Assembly: GCA_963665325.3 (NCBI GenBank)
Contig: CAXXWS020000002.1
Span: 704,001-768,000, forward strand
From: Alphaproteobacteria bacterium
Lineage (GTDB): Bacteria > Pseudomonadota > Alphaproteobacteria > Bin95
Length of the DNA: 64,000 bases
Direction: 5' to 3'
The notes beneath the pieces were generated by a model. That model saw only the letters and a program-made list of their open reading frames with translations. It was not told the DNA's origin and did no database searches. A program made the position numbers and the translations under genes. Shown here piece by piece: positions 8,780 to 18,343 of the stretch (position 1 is the first letter of the stretch; each line of letters begins with the position of its first letter).

Positions 8780-9283
8780 TCAGTTCAGGTTCAGGCCGAA
8801 GACGCCCGGCTGGAAGTAAATCTGGAAGGCTTGGGTAAACAACAGCATCACCGCTGTCGGAAACCCCAGGGCGAAGGCGGCAAGCGGCGTCCAGCGTCGC
8901 TCGCCCCAGAGCAGCGGCAGGGCGAAGCAGATGGCAATCAGCGTGAGATAGGTGCCGAGCCACTCCGCCGCCGCGACCAGTACGAGCGCTGCGGCGAAAG
9001 TGACATAGGCGATCGGCCGGACGGTATCCCGGCGGTCTTCGTCGAGGCCGCTGTCACCCCTCCTGCTGCGAACGGCGTGTTCGAACGGCAGGAGCACCGC
9101 GAGCACCCCGATCACCGACAGCATGAGCCGCGGGAAGAAGTCCGGCGGAATGGTGTCGGCGAAAAGCGGCGAGACCTCCTCGAAGGTCGTGCACAGGTAG
9201 AAGCCCGCGCCGACCAGCGCCAAAATCGCCAGGCTGAGCGCGAGATCCGTGCGGTGGACCCGGCCGAGCACCGACCGCCGCAT
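8780..9283 (-). CDS. tctB: tripartite tricarboxylate transporter small subunit TctB
   Basis: 4-TM protein with PDFFPR motif, lying between tctC and tctA. Confidence 0.85.
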   Translation of the reverse strand: MRRSVLGRVHRTDLALSLAILALVGAGFYLCTTFEEVSPLFADTIPPDFFPRLMLSVIGVLAVLLPFEHAVRSRRGDSGLDEDRRDTVRPIAYVTFAAALVLVAAAEWLGTYLTLIAICFALPLLWGERRWTPLAAFALGFPTAVMLLFTQAFQIYFQPGVFGLNLN

Positions 9284-9295
9284 GAGTGACGCCCC

Positions 9296-10246
9296 CTAGA
9301 GCCCCAGCTCTTCCATGGCGGCCTTCGCCAGGGCGTAGTTCTCCTTGAGCTGCTTGTCCCAGACCTTCCAGCCGGCGACGCTCTCCTCCGGGTCGAGCCC
9401 GGAAGACCGGAGATAGCCGCCGAAAGTCTTGTGCTTCATGGCCTTGGCAAGCGCATCGGAGAGCTTCTGGATGATCGGCTCGGGCGTACCGGCCTTCACC
9501 GCATAGCCGCGTGTGGTTGAGGTCTTTATCGGGTAGCCGAGTTCGAACGTCGTCGGCACATCCGGGTAGCCGCCGAGGCGCTTGTCGTTCATCACCGCTA
9601 GCGGGCGGAAGGTCCCGTCCTGCACCTGCGTCAGCGCTTCGGAGACATTCGGCAAAGTGGCATCGATGGCCCCGGACATGAGCGCTTGCACCATCTGTGC
9701 GCCGCTGCCGAACGGAACCGCTTTCTGCTTGATGCCGGCCACCTTCGCGAACTGCAGCAGGCCGATATGCTCCGTCGAGCCAATCTCGCCGACGCCCCAG
9801 TTGAGGGCACCCTCCTTGGAGGCGGCAATCAGCTCCCCCAGTGTCTTGTATGGGCTGTCCTTGTGGACGGTGATGAAGGTCGGGTCGTCCATGGCGCGGG
9901 CGACGCCGACCATGTCGTCGATCTCCATGCCGCCCTTGCCGCGCGCGATGGTGTAGAGATGGGTCTGCGTGAGCGCCATCAGCGTGTAGCCATCGGCAGC
10001 CTTGCCGTTCACATAGGCCTGGGCCGCCGCCCCGCCGCCGCCGCGTTTCGCGACCACGACCATGTCGGTGTCGAGATTACGGCGCGAGCGGATCATCATC
10101 ATCCGCGCCGTGGTATCGGTGCCGCCGCCATATTTGGCGTGGATGACAACTTCGATGGTCTTGTCGCCCGGGAAGTCGTCGGCTGCGGTTGCCGGCAGCG
10201 CCAACATGCCCGCGAGCGCGACTCCGGTCAGAACGGACTTCAGCAT
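9296..10246 (-). CDS. tctC: tripartite tricarboxylate transporter substrate-binding protein TctC (Bug family)
   Basis: Signal peptide; GGGTD, ADGYTL and YPDVPT motifs. Confidence 0.9.
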   Translation of the reverse strand: MLKSVLTGVALAGMLALPATAADDFPGDKTIEVVIHAKYGGGTDTTARMMMIRSRRNLDTDMVVVAKRGGGGAAAQAYVNGKAADGYTLMALTQTHLYTIARGKGGMEIDDMVGVARAMDDPTFITVHKDSPYKTLGELIAASKEGALNWGVGEIGSTEHIGLLQFAKVAGIKQKAVPFGSGAQMVQALMSGAIDATLPNVSEALTQVQDGTFRPLAVMNDKRLGGYPDVPTTFELGYPIKTSTTRGYAVKAGTPEPIIQKLSDALAKAMKHKTFGGYLRSSGLDPEESVAGWKVWDKQLKENYALAKAAMEELGL

Positions 10247-10327
10247 CGGTAACTCTCCTCGTGCCGTCGAAATGCCGGCCCCCCCCCTGCACGGCCGGTC
10301 GCTATGGATGGCGGGTTCGGTCTTCGG

Positions 10328-11566
10328 CTACTCCGCAGCCTGCGCGGCGCGGGGCGGCCAATCGACCTGGCGGCGCATTTCCAGCCGCGCGATCTGCTGG
10401 CGATGCACCTCGTCGGGGCCGTCAGCGAAGCGCAGCGCGCGCATCCGCGACCACATGAAGGAGAGCTTGAACGCCTGGCTCATCGCCCCGCCGCCATGCG
10501 CCTGCATGGCGTCGTCGATGACCTGCAACGCCATGTTCGGCGCCGCCACCTTGATCATCGCGATTTCCTGGCGCGCGGCCTTGTTGCCGACCGTGTCCAT
10601 CATGTGGGCGGCCTTGAGGGTCAAGAGGCGGCACATGTCGATATTGATGCGCGCGTCGGCCACGCGCTCGCGGAAATTGTCGCGGTCGCCGACCGGCGTG
10701 CCCCAAGTCACCCGCTCGGTGCCGCGCCGGCACATCATTTCGAGCGCGCGCTCGGCTACGCCGATGATCCGCATGCAGTGGTGGATGCGCCCGGGACCGA
10801 GACGGCCCTGCGCGATCTCGAAGCCGCGCCCTTCGCCGAGCAGCATGTTCGAGGCCGGCACGCGCACATCCTTGAAATCGACCTCGCCGTGGCCGTGCGG
10901 CGCATCGTCGAAGCCCATCACGTTCAGCATCCGCACGACCTTGATGCCGGGCGCGTCGGTCGGCACCAGGATCATGGACTGCTGGTTGTACCGGGGACCG
11001 GCCGGGTCGGTCTTGCCCATGAAAATCAGGACCTTGCAGCGCGGATCGCCGATGCCCGAAGTCCACCATTTGCGCCCGTTGATGACGTATTCGTCGCCGT
11101 CGCGCTCGATGCGGCTCTCGATATTGGTGGCGTCGGAGGACGCGACGCGCGGCTCCGTCATCGCGAAGGCGGAGCGGATTTCGCCGGCCAGCAGCGGGTC
11201 GAGCCATTGCTTCTTCTGCTCCGGCGTGCCGTAGCGCTCCAGCACCTCCATATTGCCCGTGTCCGGGGCTGAGCAATTGAAAACCTCGGGGCCCCAATTG
11301 ATCCGCCCCATGACTTCGCAGACCGGGGCATATTCGAGGTTGGTCAGGCCGCCGCCCAGTTCGCTCTCCGGCAGGAACAGGTTCCAGAGGCCCTCTTCGC
11401 GCGCCTTTTCCTTCAACTCCTCCAGGATCGGGATGACCTTCCAGCGGTTGTCGCCCTCATCCAGCTGTTCGTAATAGACCCCTTCGTTCGGATAGACGTA
11501 GCGGTCCATGAAGTCCTGGACGCGGCCGACCAGCTCCTTCGTCCGGTCGTTGAATTCGAAGTCCAT
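10328..11566 (-). CDS. acyl-CoA dehydrogenase
   Basis: [42 protein letters not shown] and ADGPDEVH motifs. Confidence 0.95.
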   Translation of the reverse strand: MDFEFNDRTKELVGRVQDFMDRYVYPNEGVYYEQLDEGDNRWKVIPILEELKEKAREEGLWNLFLPESELGGGLTNLEYAPVCEVMGRINWGPEVFNCSAPDTGNMEVLERYGTPEQKKQWLDPLLAGEIRSAFAMTEPRVASSDATNIESRIERDGDEYVINGRKWWTSGIGDPRCKVLIFMGKTDPAGPRYNQQSMILVPTDAPGIKVVRMLNVMGFDDAPHGHGEVDFKDVRVPASNMLLGEGRGFEIAQGRLGPGRIHHCMRIIGVAERALEMMCRRGTERVTWGTPVGDRDNFRERVADARINIDMCRLLTLKAAHMMDTVGNKAARQEIAMIKVAAPNMALQVIDDAMQAHGGGAMSQAFKLSFMWSRMRALRFADGPDEVHRQQIARLEMRRQVDWPPRAAQAAE

Positions 11567-11637
11567 CGGGTTCCCTCTCCGGAGTTCCTATTTCTTTCGA
11601 GGGACCCTAGCGCAAGACGCCGGTTGCCGGAAGCCGG

Positions 11638-12648
11638 CTATGCCTTTCCGGCAAGGCCCAGCACCGTGGCGTAGAGCGTGTCCTCGACTGTAATTCCCTC
11701 CTCGGGCGTCCGGGCACGGGCCGCGAGGCGCCGGTCGCCCGGCAGCCGGGCTTCGCCATTGGAAAGCAGCCGCCCGAACAACTCCTCCACATGGGCGAGG
11801 AAACCCGGTCCCGCGAGCCGCGCGGGGTCTATGGCGATGAACGACTGGGCGCCGTTGGAGGGGCCGCCGTCGCGCTTGTAGTCGGCGGCGCTCTCATGGC
11901 CGAAGAACCCGCCGGAGAGCCCGCCGGTCATCAGCTCCACCATGAGCGCGATGGACGAGCCCTTGTAGCCGCCGAACGGCAGCTGCACGCCTTTCAGGAT
12001 TTCCGAGGGGTCGGTGGTGGGCTTGCCGTCCGGGTCGAGACCGGCGCCCTCCGGGACCGAATGGCCGTCCCGCGCGGCGATCTGAAGTTCTCCCCGTGCG
12101 GTTGCCGCTGACGCCTGGTCGAAAATCATCGGCGGCCTTCCGCCGTCACGCGGACAGGCAAACGCCATCGGATTGGTGCCGAACAACGCTTCCGTGCCGC
12201 CGGCTGGCGCCATGAAGCTCTGCGAATTGACGAAGGTGAAGGCGACCAGCCCTTCCTCCGCCAGGGGCTCGATATCGGGCCACAAGGCGGCGAAGTTGAA
12301 GGAATTCCGGATCGTCATGCAGGCCACGCCCTGGGACCGCGCCTTCTCCGCCAGCACTTTGCGTCCGCGCGCGATGGCGAGCGGCGCGAAGCCCCGGCGC
12401 GCATCCACCGCGACCAGGCCGGGAGCAGCATCCGCAATGTCCGGTTCGGCTTGTGGATCGGCGGCGCCGCTTTTCACCGATGCCACATAGCCCGGCAGCC
12501 GGAACAGGCCGTGGCTCTTGCAGCCGTCCGCCTCCGCGCGGGTGATGTGGTCGGCGATCGCCTCGGCGTTGGCGGGGGAGACACCTGCGTTCGACATCGC
12601 TTCGAATGCGAGCGCGCGGCAGTCCTCCAGCGAAATGGCGGCGGGCAT
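11638..12648 (-). CDS. Ldh_2/malate-lactate-ureidoglycolate dehydrogenase family oxidoreductase
   Basis: SHGLFRL, GTNPMAF, FDQAS, PFGGYKG and RLPG motifs. Confidence 0.9.
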   Translation of the reverse strand: MPAAISLEDCRALAFEAMSNAGVSPANAEAIADHITRAEADGCKSHGLFRLPGYVASVKSGAADPQAEPDIADAAPGLVAVDARRGFAPLAIARGRKVLAEKARSQGVACMTIRNSFNFAALWPDIEPLAEEGLVAFTFVNSQSFMAPAGGTEALFGTNPMAFACPRDGGRPPMIFDQASAATARGELQIAARDGHSVPEGAGLDPDGKPTTDPSEILKGVQLPFGGYKGSSIALMVELMTGGLSGGFFGHESAADYKRDGGPSNGAQSFIAIDPARLAGPGFLAHVEELFGRLLSNGEARLPGDRRLAARARTPEEGITVEDTLYATVLGLAGKA

Positions 12649-12725
12649 GTTCGGTGGTCCCCCATGCGTTTGCGGAGTCGGTCCCGGAGCATAGACTTGG
12701 CGGCCGATGACAAGGAAGCCGCGAG

Positions 12726-13478
12726 ATGCGTATCCATTCCGAAGAACTGGGCGGGCATGTGACCCTCGTGCGGATAGAGAACGAGGCGCGCCGCAACGCC
12801 ATGACGCGCGCGATGATGGTGCGCCTCGCCGATCTCTGGGATGAGCTTGAGGCGGGGCCCACGCGCGCCATCGCGCTCACCGGAGCCGGGGACAAGGGGT
12901 TCTGCAGCGGCGCGGATGTGTCGGGAGACCTGTCGGCCTCGCCGGAGACGGCCGCAGCGGTCGCGCGCGCGCTGTTGAAGACGAAACGATATCGCAAACC
13001 GATTGTCGCAGCCGTCAACGGCGACTGCGTCGCCGGCGGGGTCGAACTGCTGATTTCGACCGACCTTCGGGCTGCCGCGCCGCATGCCCGCTTCGGGCTG
13101 CCCGAGGTGAAGTGGGGCATCTACCCGTTCGGCGGCGCGGCGACCAAGCTGGTGCGCCAGATCGGCTATGTGCACCTCATGGACATGATCCTGACCGGGC
13201 GTCTGCTGGATGCGGAGGAAGCGTGCGCCATCGGGCTTGTGAACGCCGTGGTTCCGGCCGGCGAGCTGCTCGACTGGGCGGTGGAAAAGGCGCGGCTGAT
13301 TGCCGCCAACAGCCCGGCAGCGGTTCAGGCGGTCAAGGAGCAGATCACTGCCGGGCTGGAGGAATGGACGCTCTCCCAGGAGCCGCGCGAACAGGCGCTG
13401 GGCGACCGGGTGCGCGCCTCTCCCGACTTTCCCGAAGGCGTCGCCGCATTCCTGGAGAAGCGCCGGCCGCAATATTAG
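12726..13478 (+). CDS. enoyl-CoA hydratase/isomerase
   Basis: FCSGAD, AAVNG..GGVEL, FGLPEV and EGVAAFLEKR motifs. Confidence 0.92.
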   Translation: MRIHSEELGGHVTLVRIENEARRNAMTRAMMVRLADLWDELEAGPTRAIALTGAGDKGFCSGADVSGDLSASPETAAAVARALLKTKRYRKPIVAAVNGDCVAGGVELLISTDLRAAAPHARFGLPEVKWGIYPFGGAATKLVRQIGYVHLMDMILTGRLLDAEEACAIGLVNAVVPAGELLDWAVEKARLIAANSPAAVQAVKEQITAGLEEWTLSQEPREQALGDRVRASPDFPEGVAAFLEKRRPQY

Positions 13479-13555
13479 CCCTCCGCCCCATGGACCTTGG
13501 GGTTCGCCTGCGCCATATGTTTGCCCCATTCGGCAGTCCGCCGCTAAGGTCGCGC

Positions 13556-15979
13556 ATGATGGAACTTCTGCAATATATCGACCGGCGCCCGGAGCCTCGC
13601 GAGGCGCTGGCGCTTGCCGAATGCGGCGATCTGGAAGGTTTGATGGATGCGGCGGCGCGGTTGCGCGACCGGCTGCACGGGCCGCGTATCAGCTATTCGC
13701 GCAAGGTCTTCATCCCGCTGACGCATCTCTGCCGGGATGTCTGCCATTACTGCACCTTCGCCAAGCCGCCGCGCCGTGGCGAGGCTGCATACATGACACC
13801 GGATCAGGTGTTGGAAATCGCTCGGGCCGGGGCGGCTGCGGGCTGCAAGGAGGCGTTGTTCACGCTCGGCGACAAGCCGGAACGGCGCTACCGCGCGGCG
13901 CGCGAGGCGCTGGCCGAACTCGGTTACGAATCGACCCTCGACTACCTCAAGGCCATGGCGCAGCTGGTGTTCGAGGAAACCGGCCTGTTGCCGCACCTGA
14001 ATCCGGGCCTGATGACGGCGGAAGAGCTTGCGGAGCTTCGCGGCGTTTCGGCCTCGATGGGCATCATGCTGGAAAGCGCCTCGGACCGGCTCTGCGAAAA
14101 GGGCATGCCCCACTACGGCTCGCCCGACAAGGTACCGGCGCGCCGGCTTGAGACCATCCGGCTCGCGGGCGACGCAAGTGTCCCGTTCACCTCCGGCATC
14201 CTGATCGGCATCGGCGAGACACGGCGCGAGCGCATCGAGGCACTGCTGGCGCTGCGCGATATCGACGACGCCACCGGCGCGGTGCAGGAGATCATCGTCC
14301 AGAACTTCCGCGCCAAGCCCGACACGAAGATGGCCGCCGCGCCGGAGCCGGACGCCGAGGAACTGCTCTGGACGATTGCGGCCGCGCGGCTGATCTTCGG
14401 CCCGGCCGCTTCGATCCAGGCGCCGCCGAACCTCTCGCCGGGCGCGCTCGGGCCCATCGTGGCGGCAGGCATCGACGACTGGGGCGGCGTGTCGCCGGTG
14501 ACGCCGGATTTCGTCAATCCGGAAGCGCCCTGGCCGCATCTGGAGACGCTCGCACGCGAGACCGCGAAGGCCGGCAAGCAGCTGGTGGAGCGCCTCACGG
14601 CCTATCCGCGCTACCTCAACGATGAATGGCTGGCGCCGCCGCTGCTGACCCGCGCATTGCAGCTTTCGGACGCCGGGGGTCTGGCGCGGCCGGACGACTG
14701 GTCGCCCGGTGAGTTGACTGTGCCTGCGCCGATCCCGCGGCGGGGCGCGGCGAGCGCCGATGTCGAGACGATCCTTGCGGATGCGGAGGCGGGCGCGCCG
14801 CTCGACGAAGCCGGGATCGTGCGCCTGTTCGAGGCGCGCGACGACGATTTCCATGCCGTGGCGGAAGCCGCCGACCGGGTGCGGGCGCAGCTTGCAGGCG
14901 ACACCGTCACCTATGTGGTGAACCGCAACATCAACTACACCAATGTCTGCTACTTCAAATGCCAGTTCTGCGCCTTCTCGAAGGGCAAGCTTTCCGAGAA
15001 CCTGCGCGGACGCCCCTACGACCTGGACCTCGACGAAATCCGCCGCCGCGTCGCCGAGGCCTGGGACCGGGGGGCGACAGAGGTCTGCATGCAGGGCGGC
15101 ATCCATCCTGACTACACCGGCCAAACCTATCTCGACATTCTGGACGCGGTGAAGGCGGCCGCGCCCGACATCCACGTCCACGCCTTCACGCCGCTCGAAG
15201 TGTTCCAGGGCGCGCATACACTCGGCATTTCCGTCGAGGCCTTCCTGCGCGACCTGAAGGCGGCGGGCCTCGGCACCCTGCCGGGCACGGCTGCGGAAGT
15301 GCTCGACGATGAGGTGCGGCGCATCATCTGCCCGGACAAGATCGACACTCAGCAATGGCTGGATGTCATGGAGACGGCGCACGGTCTCGGTATTCGGTCC
15401 ACGACGACGATCATGTACGGCCATGTCGAGCGGCCGGTGCATTGGGCGCGCCACCTCCTGCGGTTGCGCAATCTCCAGGCGCGCACAGGCGGCTTCACCG
15501 AATTCGTGCCGCTGCCCTTCGTCCACATGGAAGCGCCGATCTACCTGAAGGGGCGGGCGCGCAAGGGGCCGACCTTCCGGGAAGCGGTGCTGATGCATGC
15601 GGTGGCGCGCCTCGCACTCGCGCCGCATTTCGTCAATATCCAGACCTCCTGGGTCAAGATGGGGCCGGAAGGCGTTTCGGCGGCCCTGGCGGCCGGCGCG
15701 AACGATCTCGGCGGCACGCTGATGAACGAGAGCATCACCCGCGCCGCCGGCACGGTTCACGGACAGGAAATGGCCCCGCACCGCATGGAGGAAACCATCC
15801 TGGCGGCCGGGCGCCGGCCGGTCCAGCGCACCACGGATTACGGCCGCCCGCCGGAAATCCAGATCCTGCGCTCCCGCCAGGCCGCGCCGCTCGCGGACAT
15901 CGTGGAGACCCCGGCGCGCAAATACGAACGCACCGCCCCCCGCACCCTCTACCGCCCGGGTTTGACGGCCGCGGAGTAG
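13556..15979 (+). CDS. fbiC: bifunctional FO synthase CofG-CofH (F420 precursor biosynthesis)
   Basis: Two radical-SAM CX3CX2C motifs (CRDVCHYC; CYFKCQFC), plus YSRKVFIPLT, NRNINYTN and GANDLGGTLMNESI. Confidence 0.92.
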   Translation: MMELLQYIDRRPEPREALALAECGDLEGLMDAAARLRDRLHGPRISYSRKVFIPLTHLCRDVCHYCTFAKPPRRGEAAYMTPDQVLEIARAGAAAGCKEALFTLGDKPERRYRAAREALAELGYESTLDYLKAMAQLVFEETGLLPHLNPGLMTAEELAELRGVSASMGIMLESASDRLCEKGMPHYGSPDKVPARRLETIRLAGDASVPFTSGILIGIGETRRERIEALLALRDIDDATGAVQEIIVQNFRAKPDTKMAAAPEPDAEELLWTIAAARLIFGPAASIQAPPNLSPGALGPIVAAGIDDWGGVSPVTPDFVNPEAPWPHLETLARETAKAGKQLVERLTAYPRYLNDEWLAPPLLTRALQLSDAGGLARPDDWSPGELTVPAPIPRRGAASADVETILADAEAGAPLDEAGIVRLFEARDDDFHAVAEAADRVRAQLAGDTVTYVVNRNINYTNVCYFKCQFCAFSKGKLSENLRGRPYDLDLDEIRRRVAEAWDRGATEVCMQGGIHPDYTGQTYLDILDAVKAAAPDIHVHAFTPLEVFQGAHTLGISVEAFLRDLKAAGLGTLPGTAAEVLDDEVRRIICPDKIDTQQWLDVMETAHGLGIRSTTTIMYGHVERPVHWARHLLRLRNLQARTGGFTEFVPLPFVHMEAPIYLKGRARKGPTFREAVLMHAVARLALAPHFVNIQTSWVKMGPEGVSAALAAGANDLGGTLMNESITRAAGTVHGQEMAPHRMEETILAAGRRPVQRTTDYGRPPEIQILRSRQAAPLADIVETPARKYERTAPRTLYRPGLTAAE

Positions 15980-16070
15980 GGTGTACGGCAGCTCCACTGC
16001 TGCCCGGTTTGGATGTAGCGGACAGGGCGCGTGGCCCGGATCGACGCCCGGCGTCCCGATTCTCTGTCCT

Positions 16071-16307
16071 CTCATCCTGAGTAGCCGCAAAGCGGCATAT
16101 CGAAGGGCGCCACCCCGAGACCTCTCTCCGCCAGGCCGCCTCCCACACCTCTTTCGTCGCCCCCGCGAAGGCGGGGGCCCATCCCTGACTCCCGATGCTG
16201 CCGCAGCCGGTGGAGAGTGGGTCGAACCGCCGAATTTGTCGCGAGAACCGAGGCTGGGCCCCGGCTTCCCCGCTCGGGGGCGAGGACAGGCGGGGTCCGG
16301 GGCGACG
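16071..16307. repeat. alphaproteobacterial REP/RPE-like palindromic elements
   Basis: CTCATCCTGAGTAGCCGCAAAGCGGC..TCGAAGG at 16071-16107. CGTCGCCCCCGCGAAGGCGGGGGCCCA at 16155 pairs with TGGGCCCC...GGGGCGACG ending at 16307. Confidence 0.65.
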
Positions 16308-16592
16308 GTTGGGGTCGCGCAGTGTGGAGCCACGACGAGCGGATGCGTGAATCCGGTAGCGCCCGAGCCGGGGCCTTGTGTGGCCGGAGCCCTGTTGCAG
16401 CGAGGCCCGGCTGACGACAAGGGCCGCGCAGTCCGAAGCCGCCAGGGATGCGTGCATGCGGTAGCCCGCTCGCGGGAGGCGGGAGGAGCCTTCCGCCGGC
16501 AATCGTCATGGGTTCCGATCCATGGCCGCCGGTATTGCCGATCCTTACCCGCGGCCGTTGGCATGACTGCATGTTCGTATACTTTGAAATAA

Positions 16593-16911
16593 TTCCCAGA
16601 ACAGGGCTTGTGTTCTGGGAAGTCGTGCTACAATGGCTCCGAGGGAAGCGGTATCCATGGTCCGCTTCCCGTCTCCCTGGCCCGGCGCCGGAACGACCCC
16701 GATTCAGCAGACAGGCGAAGTGCGCCCTCCGGCTCGCGCGCGCAATCAGGCGCGCGAACCGCGCCGGCGCCGACGCCCGCCCGCGCCCGCCCGCGATACG
16801 CGCGAAACAGGGTCGCTCCGGAGACGGGCCGGGGTGACGACTGTGGTTCGGGCCTGAAATCGGGTTCGACTCGAAAGAATGTAAACGGAATGAAAGGAGC
16901 CGCCGCGCCCC
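16593..16911 (+). other. copy A of dispersed conserved non-coding module (promoter-like motif + structured leader)
   Basis: Homologous to the reverse complement of 57883-58200, with a 32-nt identical core at 16740-16771. TTGTGT-N15-TACAAT with TGn extension. 11-bp IR at 16593-16621. Confidence 0.75.
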
Positions 16912-17892
16912 ATGCCCATCATCCAACCCGCCGTTGCCCTGTCCACACGCCAGGAGGCCTTCTGCCGCCACTATGCGGTCTCCGGCAATGCCGCAGACGC
17001 TGCAAGGCAGGCCGGCTATTCCGGGCGCTCCGCCCGCCAGACCGGATGCGCCCTATTGGAACGGCCCTACATTGTGGAGCGCCTGCGGCGCATCCGCCTG
17101 TCGTGGAAGCGCACCGAGCGGGACGAGGCCCGCATCCTGCTTGCCCGGCTGGAGCAGGCGTGGGACGCGGCCGTCGCCAGCGGCTCGGCTTACACGATGC
17201 TCCGGGTGCTGCGCTTCCAGGCCGAGATTGCAGGGCTTACGGGGCCGACGGCCGCGCGCCGTGCGGGGCTCTGGCCGCTGCCGCACGAGGACGAGTTCGG
17301 CGAGATCGAGGCCGGCGAGGCTCAGGAGGCGGGCACCGAGCCGGGGCCGCTCTCCGAGGCCGTGCGCAGCGGCCTCGACCGCGCCCGATGCGCGCTCGCG
17401 CGGCACCGTGACTGCCGGGAGGAGATGGAAGCGCAGGAGGGCTTCGACGGGGCCGCGCACGAGGAGGTTGCCCGCAGGCTCGCCGGGGCCGTCGAGGAAC
17501 GCGAGCGGCTCCCTGTCTGTTTCGAGCCGCCCGCACCGGCTTCGCCCGGAGACCGGCCCCCCGCCGACGACCCGCCCGAGGAGACCTACGAGGACTGCCC
17601 GTGGGCAGGCGGCGAAGGGTCCGGCGACGAGGACAGGATCGACAGTGACCGGGCCGACGGCGCCGAACATGACTGGCTCTACCAGCGCCGCAACGGCTAC
17701 GCCGAAATCTACGACCCCTGGGCCCCGGAGGAGGTCGAGGAGCGAACGCGGAACCGCCTCGATCGGGAAGAGCGGGGCGGCGGAGAAGACGATGACTGGA
17801 GTGGACCGGCGACCAGAAAGAAGAAGAAAAAGAAGGGAAAGAAGACCGCGCCCGAGGGCGCCGGCTCCGCGCCGGACCATGACATCTCGTGA
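16912..17892 (+). CDS. solo terminase-small-subunit-like HTH protein with acidic/disordered C-terminus
   Basis: LSTRQEAFCRHYAVSGNAADAARQAGYS..SARQTG..LL..P.I matches the TerS (PF03592-type) N-terminal HTH pattern. AAAGGAG RBS. No terL or portal gene nearby. Confidence 0.75.
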   Translation: MPIIQPAVALSTRQEAFCRHYAVSGNAADAARQAGYSGRSARQTGCALLERPYIVERLRRIRLSWKRTERDEARILLARLEQAWDAAVASGSAYTMLRVLRFQAEIAGLTGPTAARRAGLWPLPHEDEFGEIEAGEAQEAGTEPGPLSEAVRSGLDRARCALARHRDCREEMEAQEGFDGAAHEEVARRLAGAVEERERLPVCFEPPAPASPGDRPPADDPPEETYEDCPWAGGEGSGDEDRIDSDRADGAEHDWLYQRRNGYAEIYDPWAPEEVEERTRNRLDREERGGGEDDDWSGPATRKKKKKKGKKTAPEGAGSAPDHDIS

Positions 17893-17904
17893 CATTCCAT
17901 GACA
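17878..17904 (+). repeat. 10-bp-phased CATGACA repeats (3 copies)
   Basis: CATGACA 17878, CGTGACA 17888, CATGACA 17898. Confidence 0.8.
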
Positions 17905-17999
17905 CTCCCGGGAGGGAGCCACGCATCGCGCTGCGCGTCTCTCCTACCCTGCCGACCCGACAGCGCCGCGCAGACCATGACCCTGGTGAGAAATGCGGG

Positions 18000-18329
18000 T
18001 TAACCGAGCAATTCCACCGGCTCGTCGAGCGGGTGGCGGCCTTCGCGGTCTTCTATTTCGAGCACCCAGATGTCGGGGTCGCGGGCGGCCTCGCGGGCAA
18101 TTTCCTCGTCGGCGTCGGCCTCCGGGCCCGGCGGGTGGGCGAGCCAGCGGCGGCGGTCCCCGTCGGTCCAGGCCGGGCGGAGGAGTTGCGCCGTGCCGTC
18201 GAGGCGGTTGAGCTTGAGCAGCACTGCGCCCGCCCCGTCGAAGCCGCGCCGCGCTACCTGCGCCGGGCAGCCGCGAACCGTTGCCGCCCGGATGCAGGCC
18301 TGGATATAGACGCGAGCCGTCAGCGCCAA
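18000..18329 (-). CDS. DUF1491 family protein
   Basis: RRGFDGAGAVLLKL and DPDIWVLEIEDREGRH motifs. Confidence 0.85.
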   Translation of the reverse strand: MALTARVYIQACIRAATVRGCPAQVARRGFDGAGAVLLKLNRLDGTAQLLRPAWTDGDRRRWLAHPPGPEADADEEIAREAARDPDIWVLEIEDREGRHPLDEPVELLG

Positions 18330-18343
18330 GGCAGCGCCGCGCC

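Noticed and set aside
13544-16564. Long antisense/shadow ORFs (e.g. 1006 aa here, 1602-3617, 34625-36721, 61025-62710)
   Set aside because: They overlap well-supported genes on the opposite strand, as expected in high-GC DNA, and have no motifs.
16912-17892. Prophage
   Set aside because: No terL, portal, capsid, tail or intact integrase gene in the window.
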